DNA from: Candidatus Hydrogenedentota bacterium
GTDB taxonomy: Bacteria > Hydrogenedentota > Hydrogenedentia > Hydrogenedentales > SLHB01
Length of the DNA stretch: 64,000 nt
NCBI GenBank assembly: GCA_963674865.2
Contig: CAXXYE010000007.1
Coordinates: 128,001-192,000, forward strand
Direction of reading: 5' to 3'
Within the stretch, counting starts at the first letter, position 1, and each line of letters begins with the position of its first letter. The notes beneath the pieces are model-generated. The model was given only the letters and a program-made list of their open reading frames with translations, was not told the DNA's origin and did no database searches. A program made the position numbers and the translations under genes. Below are positions 1 through 8,284 of the stretch, piece after piece.

Positions 1-38
1 GCCATGCTCTATCATGAAGCCGTCGGAAGGAGCAATGA

Positions 39-374
39 ATGCAGTCTCAGACCAAGATCTTTCAGATCGATCAGCGCCGCGCCGTTCGGAAGCCGCGTTC
101 TGGCGCGGTCATCTATGCTTCCGGGGGTGACGTCTCCGGCCTCGCTACATGGTGCGACGAGTCCGCCGGAGGCGCCTCCATTCGCCTTGGGCGCTACCTT
201 CGCCCGGGGCGGCCCGTTGTTCTACGTTATCAGTCCTCCGTTGGTGACAATGGCACGGAGGAATCGCAAGGCCGTGTTGTCTGGTGTCGTCCCCTCGGAG
301 GGGACGGTTGTACTTTTGCTGCGGGGGTCGAGTTTCATAACGATCGCGGTCATCGCCGGTGGTGGTCAAATTAG
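39..374 (+). CDS. PilZ domain protein (putative c-di-GMP receptor)
   Basis: RxxxR (QRRAVRK) followed by DxSxxG (DESAGGA), then GRVVWCR...GVEF, the typical single-domain PilZ pattern; GGAG RBS upstream. Confidence 0.75.
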   Translation: MQSQTKIFQIDQRRAVRKPRSGAVIYASGGDVSGLATWCDESAGGASIRLGRYLRPGRPVVLRYQSSVGDNGTEESQGRVVWCRPLGGDGCTFAAGVEFHNDRGHRRWWSN

Positions 375-399
375 CCATATGGCGGCGGGGGTTGCCATT
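363..399 (+). promoter_or_regulatory. Candidate enhancer-binding-protein (PspF-like) upstream activator sites
   Basis: Two imperfect TGG...CCA palindromes (TGGTCAAATTAGCCA; TGGCGGCGGGGGTTGCCA) ~100-130 bp upstream of the -24/-12 element. Confidence 0.35.
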
Positions 400-450
400 A
401 TGTGCGGTTGTCAAGCCCCGGGAATGTCGGGTGAAAGTGTCGAGAACATG

Positions 451-478
451 TATAACTAACTTATAAACAAGGCGTTAC
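451..478 (+). promoter_or_regulatory. AT-rich tract with near-consensus IHF site
   Basis: TATAACTAACTTATAAACAAGGCGTTA; AAACAAGGCGTTA has 1 mismatch to WATCAANNNNTTR and lies between the putative UAS and the sigma54 promoter. Confidence 0.4.
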
Positions 479-494
479 AGGGCCTGGCCGGCCC

Positions 495-510
495 GGGCAC
501 GCCGATTGCT
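495..510 (+). promoter_or_regulatory. sigma54 (-24/-12) promoter of the psp operon
   Basis: GGGCAC-GCCGA-TTGCT with exact GG-N10-GC spacing, 72 bp upstream of pspA; proteobacterial psp operons are sigma54-dependent. Confidence 0.75.
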
Positions 511-581
511 CATCCACAAGGTAGTTGAAGCGTAAGGACCCGCGGTAGTCATGCGGAAGACATTGAATCGGAGGAAGGGAT

Positions 582-1262
582 ATGGGCATTTTCACACGAG
601 TACGCGATATCATCAGTTCCAACATCAACACCATGTTGGAGAAGGCTGAAGATCCTGAAAAGCTGATCAAGCTGATGATCCAGGAAATGGAGGACACCTT
701 GGTTGAGATCAAGGCGTCCTGCGCAGGCGCCATGGCCGCAAAGAAGAAGGTACAGCGCGCCCTCGACGAAGTCCGGGGCAAGAGCGATGAATGGGGCCGC
801 AAGGCCGAACTCGCCGTCAGCAAAGGCCGCGAAGACCTCGCCCGCGAAGCCCTCGTCGAGAAGCGGCGTCTCCTTCAACGTCTTGAGTCTCTCGAAGCCG
901 AGGCGGATCACTGCGATGCGCTCGTCGAGCAATATCAGGGTGATATAATGCAGCTTGAGGACAAGCTCGCCGCCGCCCGCGAGAAGCAGCGTGTTCTGGT
1001 GCAGCGTCATATCCACGCCCAGCGGCGCAAGCGCGCCGAAAAGGGCATCCGCAAACTCGACACCACCGACGCGTTCACCCGCTTCGAGCAGTTCGAGAAC
1101 CGCATCGAACGGATGGAAGCCGACGCAGACCTCGTCAACTATGGGAAGAAGCCGACTCTCGACGAGGAGTTTGCCGAACTTGAAGACGACGAGGAGATCG
1201 AGGAGCAACTGCGGACGCTCAAGCAGTCGGCCAAGAAGGCAGGCGAGAAGGCGGAAGCCTAG
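582..1262 (+). CDS. pspA: Phage shock protein A
   Basis: MGIFTRVRDIISSNINTMLEKAEDPEKLIKLMIQEMEDTLVE..., EDLAREAL and FEQFENRIERMEA; 226-aa coiled coil; good RBS. Confidence 0.95.
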   Translation: MGIFTRVRDIISSNINTMLEKAEDPEKLIKLMIQEMEDTLVEIKASCAGAMAAKKKVQRALDEVRGKSDEWGRKAELAVSKGREDLAREALVEKRRLLQRLESLEAEADHCDALVEQYQGDIMQLEDKLAAAREKQRVLVQRHIHAQRRKRAEKGIRKLDTTDAFTRFEQFENRIERMEADADLVNYGKKPTLDEEFAELEDDEEIEEQLRTLKQSAKKAGEKAEA

Positions 1263-1317
1263 CCAGTGCGTCGGTTCTTGATCGAGCGCCGTGCAAGCCG
1301 GGGAGGTAGGAACTGAA

Positions 1318-1815
1318 GTGGGAGAGCGGAACGAGCGCCAGTACACCACCGAGGAAGTGACGGCCATTGTCCGCCGCGCCCTCGAGAAAAGGCGCAACGC
1401 CGACGCCATCGGACACGCCGAATTGGCCGAGATTGCCCGCGAGTTGGGCATTGACGATAGAGCACTCAACGAAGCGATTCGCGCCCATGAGACGGAAGGC
1501 GTTGCGGAACAGGCCCGCAAAGAATGGCTGGCCAAGCAACGCATCGAATTCTCCGAGCACCTTCGGGCCTTCCTCATCGTCAACGGCTTCCTGCTTATCG
1601 TGGATCTGCTCACGCCCGGCGGCCCTTGGTTCTTCTGGATATTGATCTGCTGGGGGCTCGGCTTGGCGTTCGACGCCTGCGATACGTTCTTCCCAAGCCA
1701 AGAGAGAGTGGAGAAGGGCACCAAGAGGATGCTGCGAAAGAAGCGGCACGCCGAACTGGGAGAGAAAGTCCGCACGGCCGTGGAGGACAGGGTGAAGGAG
1801 CTTTTCAATGGCTAG
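1318..1815 (+). CDS. 2TM-domain membrane protein with N-terminal helical domain
   Basis: F..HLRAFLIVNGFLLIVDLLT.GGPWFFWILICWGLGL matches the 2TM family; GTG at 1318 follows GGAGGTAGG. Confidence 0.75.
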   Translation: MGERNERQYTTEEVTAIVRRALEKRRNADAIGHAELAEIARELGIDDRALNEAIRAHETEGVAEQARKEWLAKQRIEFSEHLRAFLIVNGFLLIVDLLTPGGPWFFWILICWGLGLAFDACDTFFPSQERVEKGTKRMLRKKRHAELGEKVRTAVEDRVKELFNG

Positions 1816-2281
1816 TCTATTCCACAGAGCGCTCGTGGTGCTTGTCATCCTCTGTCTTCTCTTTTTCCTCGTGCTTCCCTTCGGCTTCGTCGCTGCGATA
1901 GCTCTGCCAAATCTGCTACCGAGTCGCGCAACGGTGCATCCCTTTTTCTTTGAGCACAATGCGCATCCGACTCTCGTTAGAGATTACGAGGCATTCGCGC
2001 CCGGAGAACCTGTGGGAGCCCTGCCCCTCGTGAGCTGGTTGGTTCTCTCGGCCGGTGTTCTCCTCATAGCGATCCTTATGCTGGTTGTGATGGTGGTTGT
2101 CATGTTGCGTGGCCGCAGTAAGTCGAGGGAGGCCGCAGGAATAAGCGCCGAAGAGAGCCGTCTAATGCAGGAACTCCACCAGGGCTTCAATCGGCTCGAG
2201 GAAAGGGTTGAGGCCCTTGAAACGATTCTATTGGATCGCGCTAAGAAACGAGAGCAATCCTATGCGGATAAGATCCAATAG
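1808..2281 (+). CDS. PspB-like protein 1 (two hydrophobic segments + PspB C-terminal tail)
   Basis: Tail EESRLMQELHQGFNRLEERVEALETILLDR; overlaps the stop of the upstream gene. Confidence 0.75.
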   Translation: MASLFHRALVVLVILCLLFFLVLPFGFVAAIALPNLLPSRATVHPFFFEHNAHPTLVRDYEAFAPGEPVGALPLVSWLVLSAGVLLIAILMLVVMVVVMLRGRSKSREAAGISAEESRLMQELHQGFNRLEERVEALETILLDRAKKREQSYADKIQ

Positions 2282-2308
2282 GCGGAGTGAAGCCGGGAGG
2301 GCCTGCGC

Positions 2309-2644
2309 ATGGCTTTGAGTTTGCCAACGATGATGCTTCAGGCAGTCACCGGCGTATGGACGATAGGCCTTGGCGAAGTGATCGTGCTGGCCGTCTCCTT
2401 GGCCTTGTTTGTGGCGCTCCCACTTGCTCTCGTCGTGCTGCTCCTCCGCTCGACCCGCGGCCGCAACGCTGCGCACGCCTCCTCCTCGGAGGAGGAAGCG
2501 CAGTTGCTTCAGGACATTTACCAAGGCTTGAGCAGGATGGACGCGCGCGTCGAGTCCCTCGAGACGATTCTCCTCGACCGAGACACGAGCGCCGATGAAT
2601 CAAGCGATACACGCAACCAACGCCGCAGCGGCATAGAAGGATAA
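2309..2644 (+). CDS. PspB-like protein 2
   Basis: TM segment, then EEAQLLQDIYQGLSRMDARVESLETILLDR; GGAGG RBS. Confidence 0.75.
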   Translation: MALSLPTMMLQAVTGVWTIGLGEVIVLAVSLALFVALPLALVVLLLRSTRGRNAAHASSSEEEAQLLQDIYQGLSRMDARVESLETILLDRDTSADESSDTRNQRRSGIEG

Positions 2645-2649
2645 CGGCG

Positions 2650-2892
2650 ATGAATATTCTCGAGTTTCTGATTGCTATCGTGGCCATTCTGGCGATATTC
2701 GTTGTGCCCGTTATCGCCGTTCTGGTTTTCTTTCTGAGACTTGCGCGGGGCGGCGGGCGCGAAGGCGATAAGCATACTTCCAAGGAAGAAGCCGGCCTCA
2801 TTCAAGAGATCTACCACGGCTTGAGCAAGATGGAAACGCGGATCGAGGCGCTCGAAACGATCCTCCTCGATCGCGATAGAAAGGACAAGTAG
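2650..2892 (+). CDS. pspB: Phage shock protein B (canonical size)
   Basis: 80 aa, one TM, EEAGLIQEIYHGLSKMETRIEALETILLDR; directly upstream of pspC. Confidence 0.85.
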   Translation: MNILEFLIAIVAILAIFVVPVIAVLVFFLRLARGGGREGDKHTSKEEAGLIQEIYHGLSKMETRIEALETILLDRDRKDK

Positions 2893-2894
2893 TC

Positions 2895-3278
2895 ATGACA
2901 CGACACGAAGGCGGCTACAAGAAGGGACTGTATCGCTCGCGAAGCGGCGTCATATTCGGCGTGTGCCGCGGCCTCGCCGAATACCTTGACATCTCGGTGT
3001 TCTGGACGCGCGTCGTGGCGATCGGCGTATTGATCTTCACCGGACTGTGGCCGGTGCTCGGCATCTACTTCATCGCGGCCCTGCTGATGAAGCCGGAGCC
3101 GGTGCTGCCGCTGAAGACCGAGGAGGACGAGGAGTTCTACCAGTCCTTCACGTCCTCTCGGCGGATGGCGCTGCACCGCCTGAAGCGCACCTTCGATAAT
3201 CTCGACCGCCGCATCCAGCGCATGGAGAGCATCGTCACCGCGCGCGACTTCGACTGGGACCACCGGCTCAGCGAGTAG
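2895..3278 (+). CDS. pspC: Phage shock protein C
   Basis: LYRSRSGVIFGVCRGLAEYLDI...R PspC domain, TM, C-terminal RRIQRMESIVT. Confidence 0.92.
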   Translation: MTRHEGGYKKGLYRSRSGVIFGVCRGLAEYLDISVFWTRVVAIGVLIFTGLWPVLGIYFIAALLMKPEPVLPLKTEEDEEFYQSFTSSRRMALHRLKRTFDNLDRRIQRMESIVTARDFDWDHRLSE

Positions 3279-3311
3279 AGGCGCTCAAATCCAAGAGGAA
3301 TACGATCCACC

Positions 3312-3602
3312 ATGCAAAGGCTTCATGCAGAGCGGGACGAACGCAGCGGCTGGATCGCCTGGCCCTTCTTGGCCTTGGCCTTCCTGGCGCAGTTGCTCTT
3401 TGAACTGCTCGTGGGCGTGTTTCAACTCTTGTCGCGTCTCGCGGCCTTCATCGTTCGCCTCACCGGCCGCGTGACGGCGGTGGTGGTTGGCCTCGTACTC
3501 GTTGCCGTCGGCGTATTCGTGAGTCTCTCGCTGGTGGGCCTGATCCCGGGCGTGCCTGTTGCCGCGTTGGGGGTCTTGCTCGTCGCAAGGGGGCTCTTTT
3601 GA
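3312..3602 (+). CDS. Small hydrophobic membrane protein
   Basis: 96 aa, mostly hydrophobic/amphipathic; GAGG RBS; follows pspC on the same strand. Confidence 0.65.
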   Translation: MQRLHAERDERSGWIAWPFLALAFLAQLLFELLVGVFQLLSRLAAFIVRLTGRVTAVVVGLVLVAVGVFVSLSLVGLIPGVPVAALGVLLVARGLF

Positions 3603-3630
3603 AGTATGTCCTTAAGGGGAGGATCGAAAA

Positions 3631-4275
3631 GTGAGTTCTAAGCGCGTTATCACTGCCGTGGCGGCGGCCGCCTGCTTGGCCCTCGTCGTCGGCTTGGAGT
3701 GGAAGGCGGCGCCCCACATGCGGTTCTCGTTCCGCAGCCATTCCGACACGACACAGACGGAAGTGGATATCGGCCTTGGTGATGACAAGGCGTCGTCGAA
3801 GGACCTGGAATCCGAGCCTGTTGTCGGCGCGAAGACGCTGCTCCACACAGCCGCCGCCGGCGGCAATCTTGGCGCCGTCCGTGACTTAGCGGAGGCCGGC
3901 GCTGATGTGAACGCCCGGGATGAGCGTGGCCGGACGCCTCTGCATTATGCCGCCGAGAACGGACACCAGGAGACGGCGATGGCCCTGGTGGAACTTGGGG
4001 CGAAGCTCTACGCCAAAGATCGCCAAGGCTGCACGGCCTTACACTACGCCGCGAAGAACGGCCACAACGACACCGCGGGCGCGTTGGCGAGGGCCGGCGC
4101 GGATACCGGGATTCGCGATAAGGCCGGCCAGACGCCGGTGGAGTGTGCGATCGCGGGAGGCCATCAGGCCACGGCGCAAGCGATAACGGATCTCCACGGG
4201 GAGCAAAGGGCCGGCGATGACGGTGCGCATTCGCGCGGGCCGGCAATCTCCATGGGACGCGTCTTCAAATCATGA
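3631..4275 (+). CDS. Ankyrin repeat protein with N-terminal signal/anchor
   Basis: Repeats TLLHTAAAGG, GRTPLHYAAENG, GCTALHYAAKNG, GQTPVECA; GGAGG RBS. Confidence 0.9.
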   Translation: MSSKRVITAVAAAACLALVVGLEWKAAPHMRFSFRSHSDTTQTEVDIGLGDDKASSKDLESEPVVGAKTLLHTAAAGGNLGAVRDLAEAGADVNARDERGRTPLHYAAENGHQETAMALVELGAKLYAKDRQGCTALHYAAKNGHNDTAGALARAGADTGIRDKAGQTPVECAIAGGHQATAQAITDLHGEQRAGDDGAHSRGPAISMGRVFKS

Positions 4276-5195
4276 GACAGGTGCGCTGCCTGCTGCTTCT
4301 CTTGGCCTTGTCCGCGGCATGGGCCTCTGGCGCTTCCAATACCTCCATCGGCTCGACGGGCCTGCGCTCGAATGAGATGTCTAGCTTCACCACGCCGCCG
4401 AAGTCTGATAGCCTTATGGGGCGTCCCGCTACGAGAGAAGGAAATCCTATGACAGAAGAGGCCACAAAGCCCGTTGAATCCCGGCAGTTCGGCGCCAAGC
4501 GGCTCGACTTTCCCGCCGGCGGCGGAAAGGGATTCGTCATTCTGCCGGAGACTTCTGCAGGCGACGGGCCTATGCCTTGGATATGGTACGCCCCGACCCT
4601 CATTGGACAGCACCCCGACGAGAGCCACGCCTGGATGTTCCGCCAACTGCTGGACAAAGGCTTCGCGATTGCCGGCGTGGATGTCGGCGAGTCGTTCGGC
4701 AATCCAGAGGGGCGCCGCACCTACACGGCGTTCTACGAATTGGCTGTCCCCCGCTACGGCTTGGTGGCCAAGGCTTGCTTCATGCCTCAGAGCCGCGGCG
4801 GATTGATGCTCTACAACTGGGCCGCGGAGAATCCCCAGCGTGTACAGTGCATCGCGGGCATCTACACCGTCTGCGACTTGTCGAGCTGGCCCGGCCTCGA
4901 AAAAGCCTGTTCCGCTTACGCTATGAGCGAGGACGAACTCCTCGCCTGCCTGGCGCAGCACAATCCCGTCGAGCGTTTGGCTCCCCTGGCAGCGGCGGGC
5001 ATTCCCATTCTGCACGTGCACGGCGATGCGGACACCGTGGTGCCCATCGAGAGAAACAGCGGGGAACTGGCCCGCCGCTACAAGGCCCTTGGAGGCTCAA
5101 TGCGCCTGATCGTGGTGCCCGGCAAGGGCCATGAGGTGTGCGATGAGTTTTTCAGGCGCCCCGAGGTGGTGGATTTCCTACTGAGTCAACGGTAG
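4272..5195 (+). CDS. Secreted alpha/beta hydrolase (esterase/peptidase S9-like)
   Basis: Signal peptide, QSRGG nucleophile elbow, HVHGDADTVVP, GKGH; ATGA overlap with the ankyrin gene. Confidence 0.8.
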   Translation: MRQVRCLLLLLALSAAWASGASNTSIGSTGLRSNEMSSFTTPPKSDSLMGRPATREGNPMTEEATKPVESRQFGAKRLDFPAGGGKGFVILPETSAGDGPMPWIWYAPTLIGQHPDESHAWMFRQLLDKGFAIAGVDVGESFGNPEGRRTYTAFYELAVPRYGLVAKACFMPQSRGGLMLYNWAAENPQRVQCIAGIYTVCDLSSWPGLEKACSAYAMSEDELLACLAQHNPVERLAPLAAAGIPILHVHGDADTVVPIERNSGELARRYKALGGSMRLIVVPGKGHEVCDEFFRRPEVVDFLLSQR

Positions 5196-5243
5196 CCGGA
5201 GCCTGGCCGGCGTAACTCAACCATTCTCAGTGGCTTGAGGCGG

Positions 5244-6701
5244 CTACAGGAAGCTGAGTTTATCCTTTCTTCCGGGCAGGCGGCGAAAATCCTGCTCCAG
5301 GGCGTCCGCGATCTCCTCCCGCTCACCGGCGCCGTCAGCGATGAGAAGATCGTACAAATGGCGGACGAGGTTCACCAGCGGAAGGCGATGTGTCCTACCG
5401 GTTTTCGACCACAGATCGTCCGAAAGCGCCATAAAGGCGTTGAAAGGGGAGGGCTGCGTGCGCCAGAGCAGAGGCAATGAACGGGGAAAATTGCCCGAGT
5501 TGTAGTAGAGATCGAAATACCGCGCGAAGCGCTTCAAGCGCTGCAACTGCTCGAAGCTCAGAAGGTCGGTTTGCAGCACGTCGTAGGGCGGCTGCGGATT
5601 GAACGCCATCCGGCGCGACGCCGCGTGCCGGGCGATGGGCGCCCCTTTGAGCCGCTTCAGAATCCCCACCTGGATTTCGTGCGGCGCGAGCCGCAGGAGC
5701 TTATCGAATCCTTCTCTAAAGCTCTCCCATGATTCGCCCGGTAGCCCGGCGATAAGATCCGCATGAATGAGCGCGCCTGTCTGTGTGCGCAGAAAGGCCA
5801 GATACTCCTGAGTCTTCTCCAGATCCTGTTTCCGCCCAATCACCTCCTGACATTCGGCGTTGAACGTCTGCACGCCCACCTCCAATCGCAATCCCTCAGG
5901 CGGGAACTCCGCGATCTGAGCCAACATATCCCGCGTCAGCCGATCAGGCAGGATCTCGAAGTGTACCTGCATCCCTTCGCGCCAGTGGCCGAGGAAGAAG
6001 CCCAGAATCCGCGCGACTCGTTCAGGGCGCAGGTTGAATGTGCGATCCACGAACTTGATCCGCCGGACGCCTCGATCCAGCAATTGCGCCATGGACGTGA
6101 GGAAGGACTCAAGCGGAAACTCCCGGACGCGCGTGTCCAGGGAGGAAAGACAGAACTCGCACTGAAATGGACATCCGCGGGACGACTCGACGTAAGTCAA
6201 TCGCCGCGCGAGATCTTCTTCCGTATAGACCGCGTAAGGAAGGGGCAGTCGAGCTACATCGGGCGGCTCTGCCGCTAGGACCTTCTCCGAAGGAACATTC
6301 CCAGCGAGGACCTCCGAGGCTAACGCGGCGAACGCCTCATCACCTTCCCCTCGGATGAGGTAGTCGGCTGCCTCGAACAGCGGCGTGCCCTCGTATTCGT
6401 AAGCCACCTCCGGCCCGCCCAGGACTACGGTTATCTCCGGGCGAACGGCTTTGAGCACCTGCACCACCTGGGTGATCTGGAATACATTCCAGATGTACAC
6501 GCCGAATCCGATGATGCGCGGATTCTGCGCCATTACCGACTCCGCGATTTCCAGCGACGGCTGGCCCAGGGTGAACTCGTGGATGACGGCCAGATCCTGC
6601 AAAGGGCCCAGATTCGCCCAAAGGCAGCGCAAGCCGAACGCGGGGTGTGTATAGCGCGCGTTGATCGTCGTGAGGATGATGGCAGGATCCTGCATCGTCA
6701 T
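5244..6701 (-). CDS. B12-binding radical SAM protein (DUF4080 C-terminus)
   Basis: INARYTH, GFGVYIWN, LGGPEV cobalamin domain; ESSRGCPFQCEFC (CxxxCxxC); FVDRTFN; YYNSG. Confidence 0.9.
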   Translation of the reverse strand: MTMQDPAIILTTINARYTHPAFGLRCLWANLGPLQDLAVIHEFTLGQPSLEIAESVMAQNPRIIGFGVYIWNVFQITQVVQVLKAVRPEITVVLGGPEVAYEYEGTPLFEAADYLIRGEGDEAFAALASEVLAGNVPSEKVLAAEPPDVARLPLPYAVYTEEDLARRLTYVESSRGCPFQCEFCLSSLDTRVREFPLESFLTSMAQLLDRGVRRIKFVDRTFNLRPERVARILGFFLGHWREGMQVHFEILPDRLTRDMLAQIAEFPPEGLRLEVGVQTFNAECQEVIGRKQDLEKTQEYLAFLRTQTGALIHADLIAGLPGESWESFREGFDKLLRLAPHEIQVGILKRLKGAPIARHAASRRMAFNPQPPYDVLQTDLLSFEQLQRLKRFARYFDLYYNSGNFPRSLPLLWRTQPSPFNAFMALSDDLWSKTGRTHRLPLVNLVRHLYDLLIADGAGEREEIADALEQDFRRLPGRKDKLSFL

Positions 6702-6788
6702 TGTTCGGCTTCATGTCCCGGCCCGCGGTGAATCCCAACGTGTTCGTGCCTGCCGCCTGACTCGGGGCGGTGGTGCAGCCGCTCGTGC

Positions 6789-8183
6789 CTATGCCTTCGC
6801 CATTCGCTCAACGCGAGTGGCTGCGCGCCGACGCTGCTCCTGCGTGACCTTCTCGTTGAAGTGATAAGGCGTGATGCCGTTTTCGTTCATCGTGAAGTCA
6901 TAGCGCCGGGCAAGTTCATCACGCGTTGGAAAGTCATCCTCGAGGCGTTCAAGCCACTGGGCGGTTTCGGATTCCAGCGCCGCCTCGACCTCTGCCGCGC
7001 TTGCGTCGCCCACCAGGTTGCGCTGTTGATAGGGGTCGGCCGCATCATCGTAGAGACACCACGCGCGATCGCGGAATCGCGCGTACGTGTGCCGCTCCGT
7101 CACCACGCCCCGCCACTCGCTGAAGGAAAATGTCTTGTAGCTCAGGTGAAAATGAATCGGCGTCGAAGAAGGCCGAGGTCCCGGTTGGCCCAAGAGCAGG
7201 TGCGGCAACGCTACACCCTCCATGCCCTTCGGCGCCGGCGCGCCGCACAAGTCCAAGAGTGTAGGCATCACATCTACCAGCCCGAACGGTGCCGACTCCG
7301 TGGCCCCTGCGGGCACATGGCCCGGCCAACGCGCGATGAACGGCACTATCACGGATTCGTGCCACGGTTTGCACTTCCAGCCTCGATTCTGACTGTAGAG
7401 CATGTCGCCGTGGTCGCTCGTGAAGACCACCAGCGTGTCATCCGCCATCTCCAGCGCATCCAACGCATCGAGGAGCCTCCCGAAGTTCCAGTCCAGGGCC
7501 GATATGTGCGCGTAATAGCCGGCGACTTTCTCCATGTCCGGGGACACGGCGTTCTTTCGCACGGCCAGGTGCTCCGCATCGTAGAGCCCGCGGAAGCGCC
7601 CGGGCACTTGATCGTAAGGGCAGTGTGGGGGAGCCCACGAAAGGAAAAGGCAGAAAGGATCACCGCGCTCGGCGGAGTCCTGGAGAAACTCGATGGCCAC
7701 ATCCGTCTGTCCCGTCGGCTCGTAATCATCGATGAAGATGGGCTCCGGCTCGTCCCGGTAGTAGTAGCCTTCCATGTAGAGGTGATTGCAGTTGGCGACG
7801 GCCCAGAAATCGAATCCCTGCCGGCGCGGGCCCGGGGGCGTGAAACCGGCGCGATCCTCGCCGTCCAGATGCCACTTCCCGACGTAGCCCGTCCGGTAGC
7901 CTTGCTCGCCCAGGACATGGGCAATCGAAGTCACATCCTGCCGAAGCTGGAGGTCGTTGGTTACCATGCCGTGCGACAGCGGATGCAGGCCCGTCAGGAT
8001 GGACGCGCGCATGGGACTGCATATCGGCGCGTTGGACACGGCCCGCGTGAAGCGCATGCCTTGCTGAGCAAACGCGTCGAGATGGGGCGTCAGAACCGGT
8101 TCTTGTCCCACGTGGCCGAGCGAAGAGGCGCGAAGCTGGTCGGCGAATACAAACAATATGTTGGGACGCGATGATCTGGACAT
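6789..8183 (-). CDS. Sulfatase
   Basis: RPNILFVFADQLR, CSPMR (CxPxR), GYVGKWHL, FTSDHGD. Confidence 0.95.
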   Translation of the reverse strand: MSRSSRPNILFVFADQLRASSLGHVGQEPVLTPHLDAFAQQGMRFTRAVSNAPICSPMRASILTGLHPLSHGMVTNDLQLRQDVTSIAHVLGEQGYRTGYVGKWHLDGEDRAGFTPPGPRRQGFDFWAVANCNHLYMEGYYYRDEPEPIFIDDYEPTGQTDVAIEFLQDSAERGDPFCLFLSWAPPHCPYDQVPGRFRGLYDAEHLAVRKNAVSPDMEKVAGYYAHISALDWNFGRLLDALDALEMADDTLVVFTSDHGDMLYSQNRGWKCKPWHESVIVPFIARWPGHVPAGATESAPFGLVDVMPTLLDLCGAPAPKGMEGVALPHLLLGQPGPRPSSTPIHFHLSYKTFSFSEWRGVVTERHTYARFRDRAWCLYDDAADPYQQRNLVGDASAAEVEAALESETAQWLERLEDDFPTRDELARRYDFTMNENGITPYHFNEKVTQEQRRRAATRVERMAKA

Positions 8184-8284
8184 GGCTCTGCGGCCTTCCT
8201 CCTCTGTTTTGCGCGAGACGTGGCCCGATTATGCACGCCTCGACTACTCGCCCATCCTTGAGGTCCTCCAAACGGCGTCGGCCG

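Noticed and set aside
549..1808. 419-aa minus-strand ORF opposite pspA
   Set aside because: Antisense shadow typical of high-GC coding DNA; the same applies to 6861-8174, 10094-11302, 21068-22495, 26834-28087 and 50647-52227
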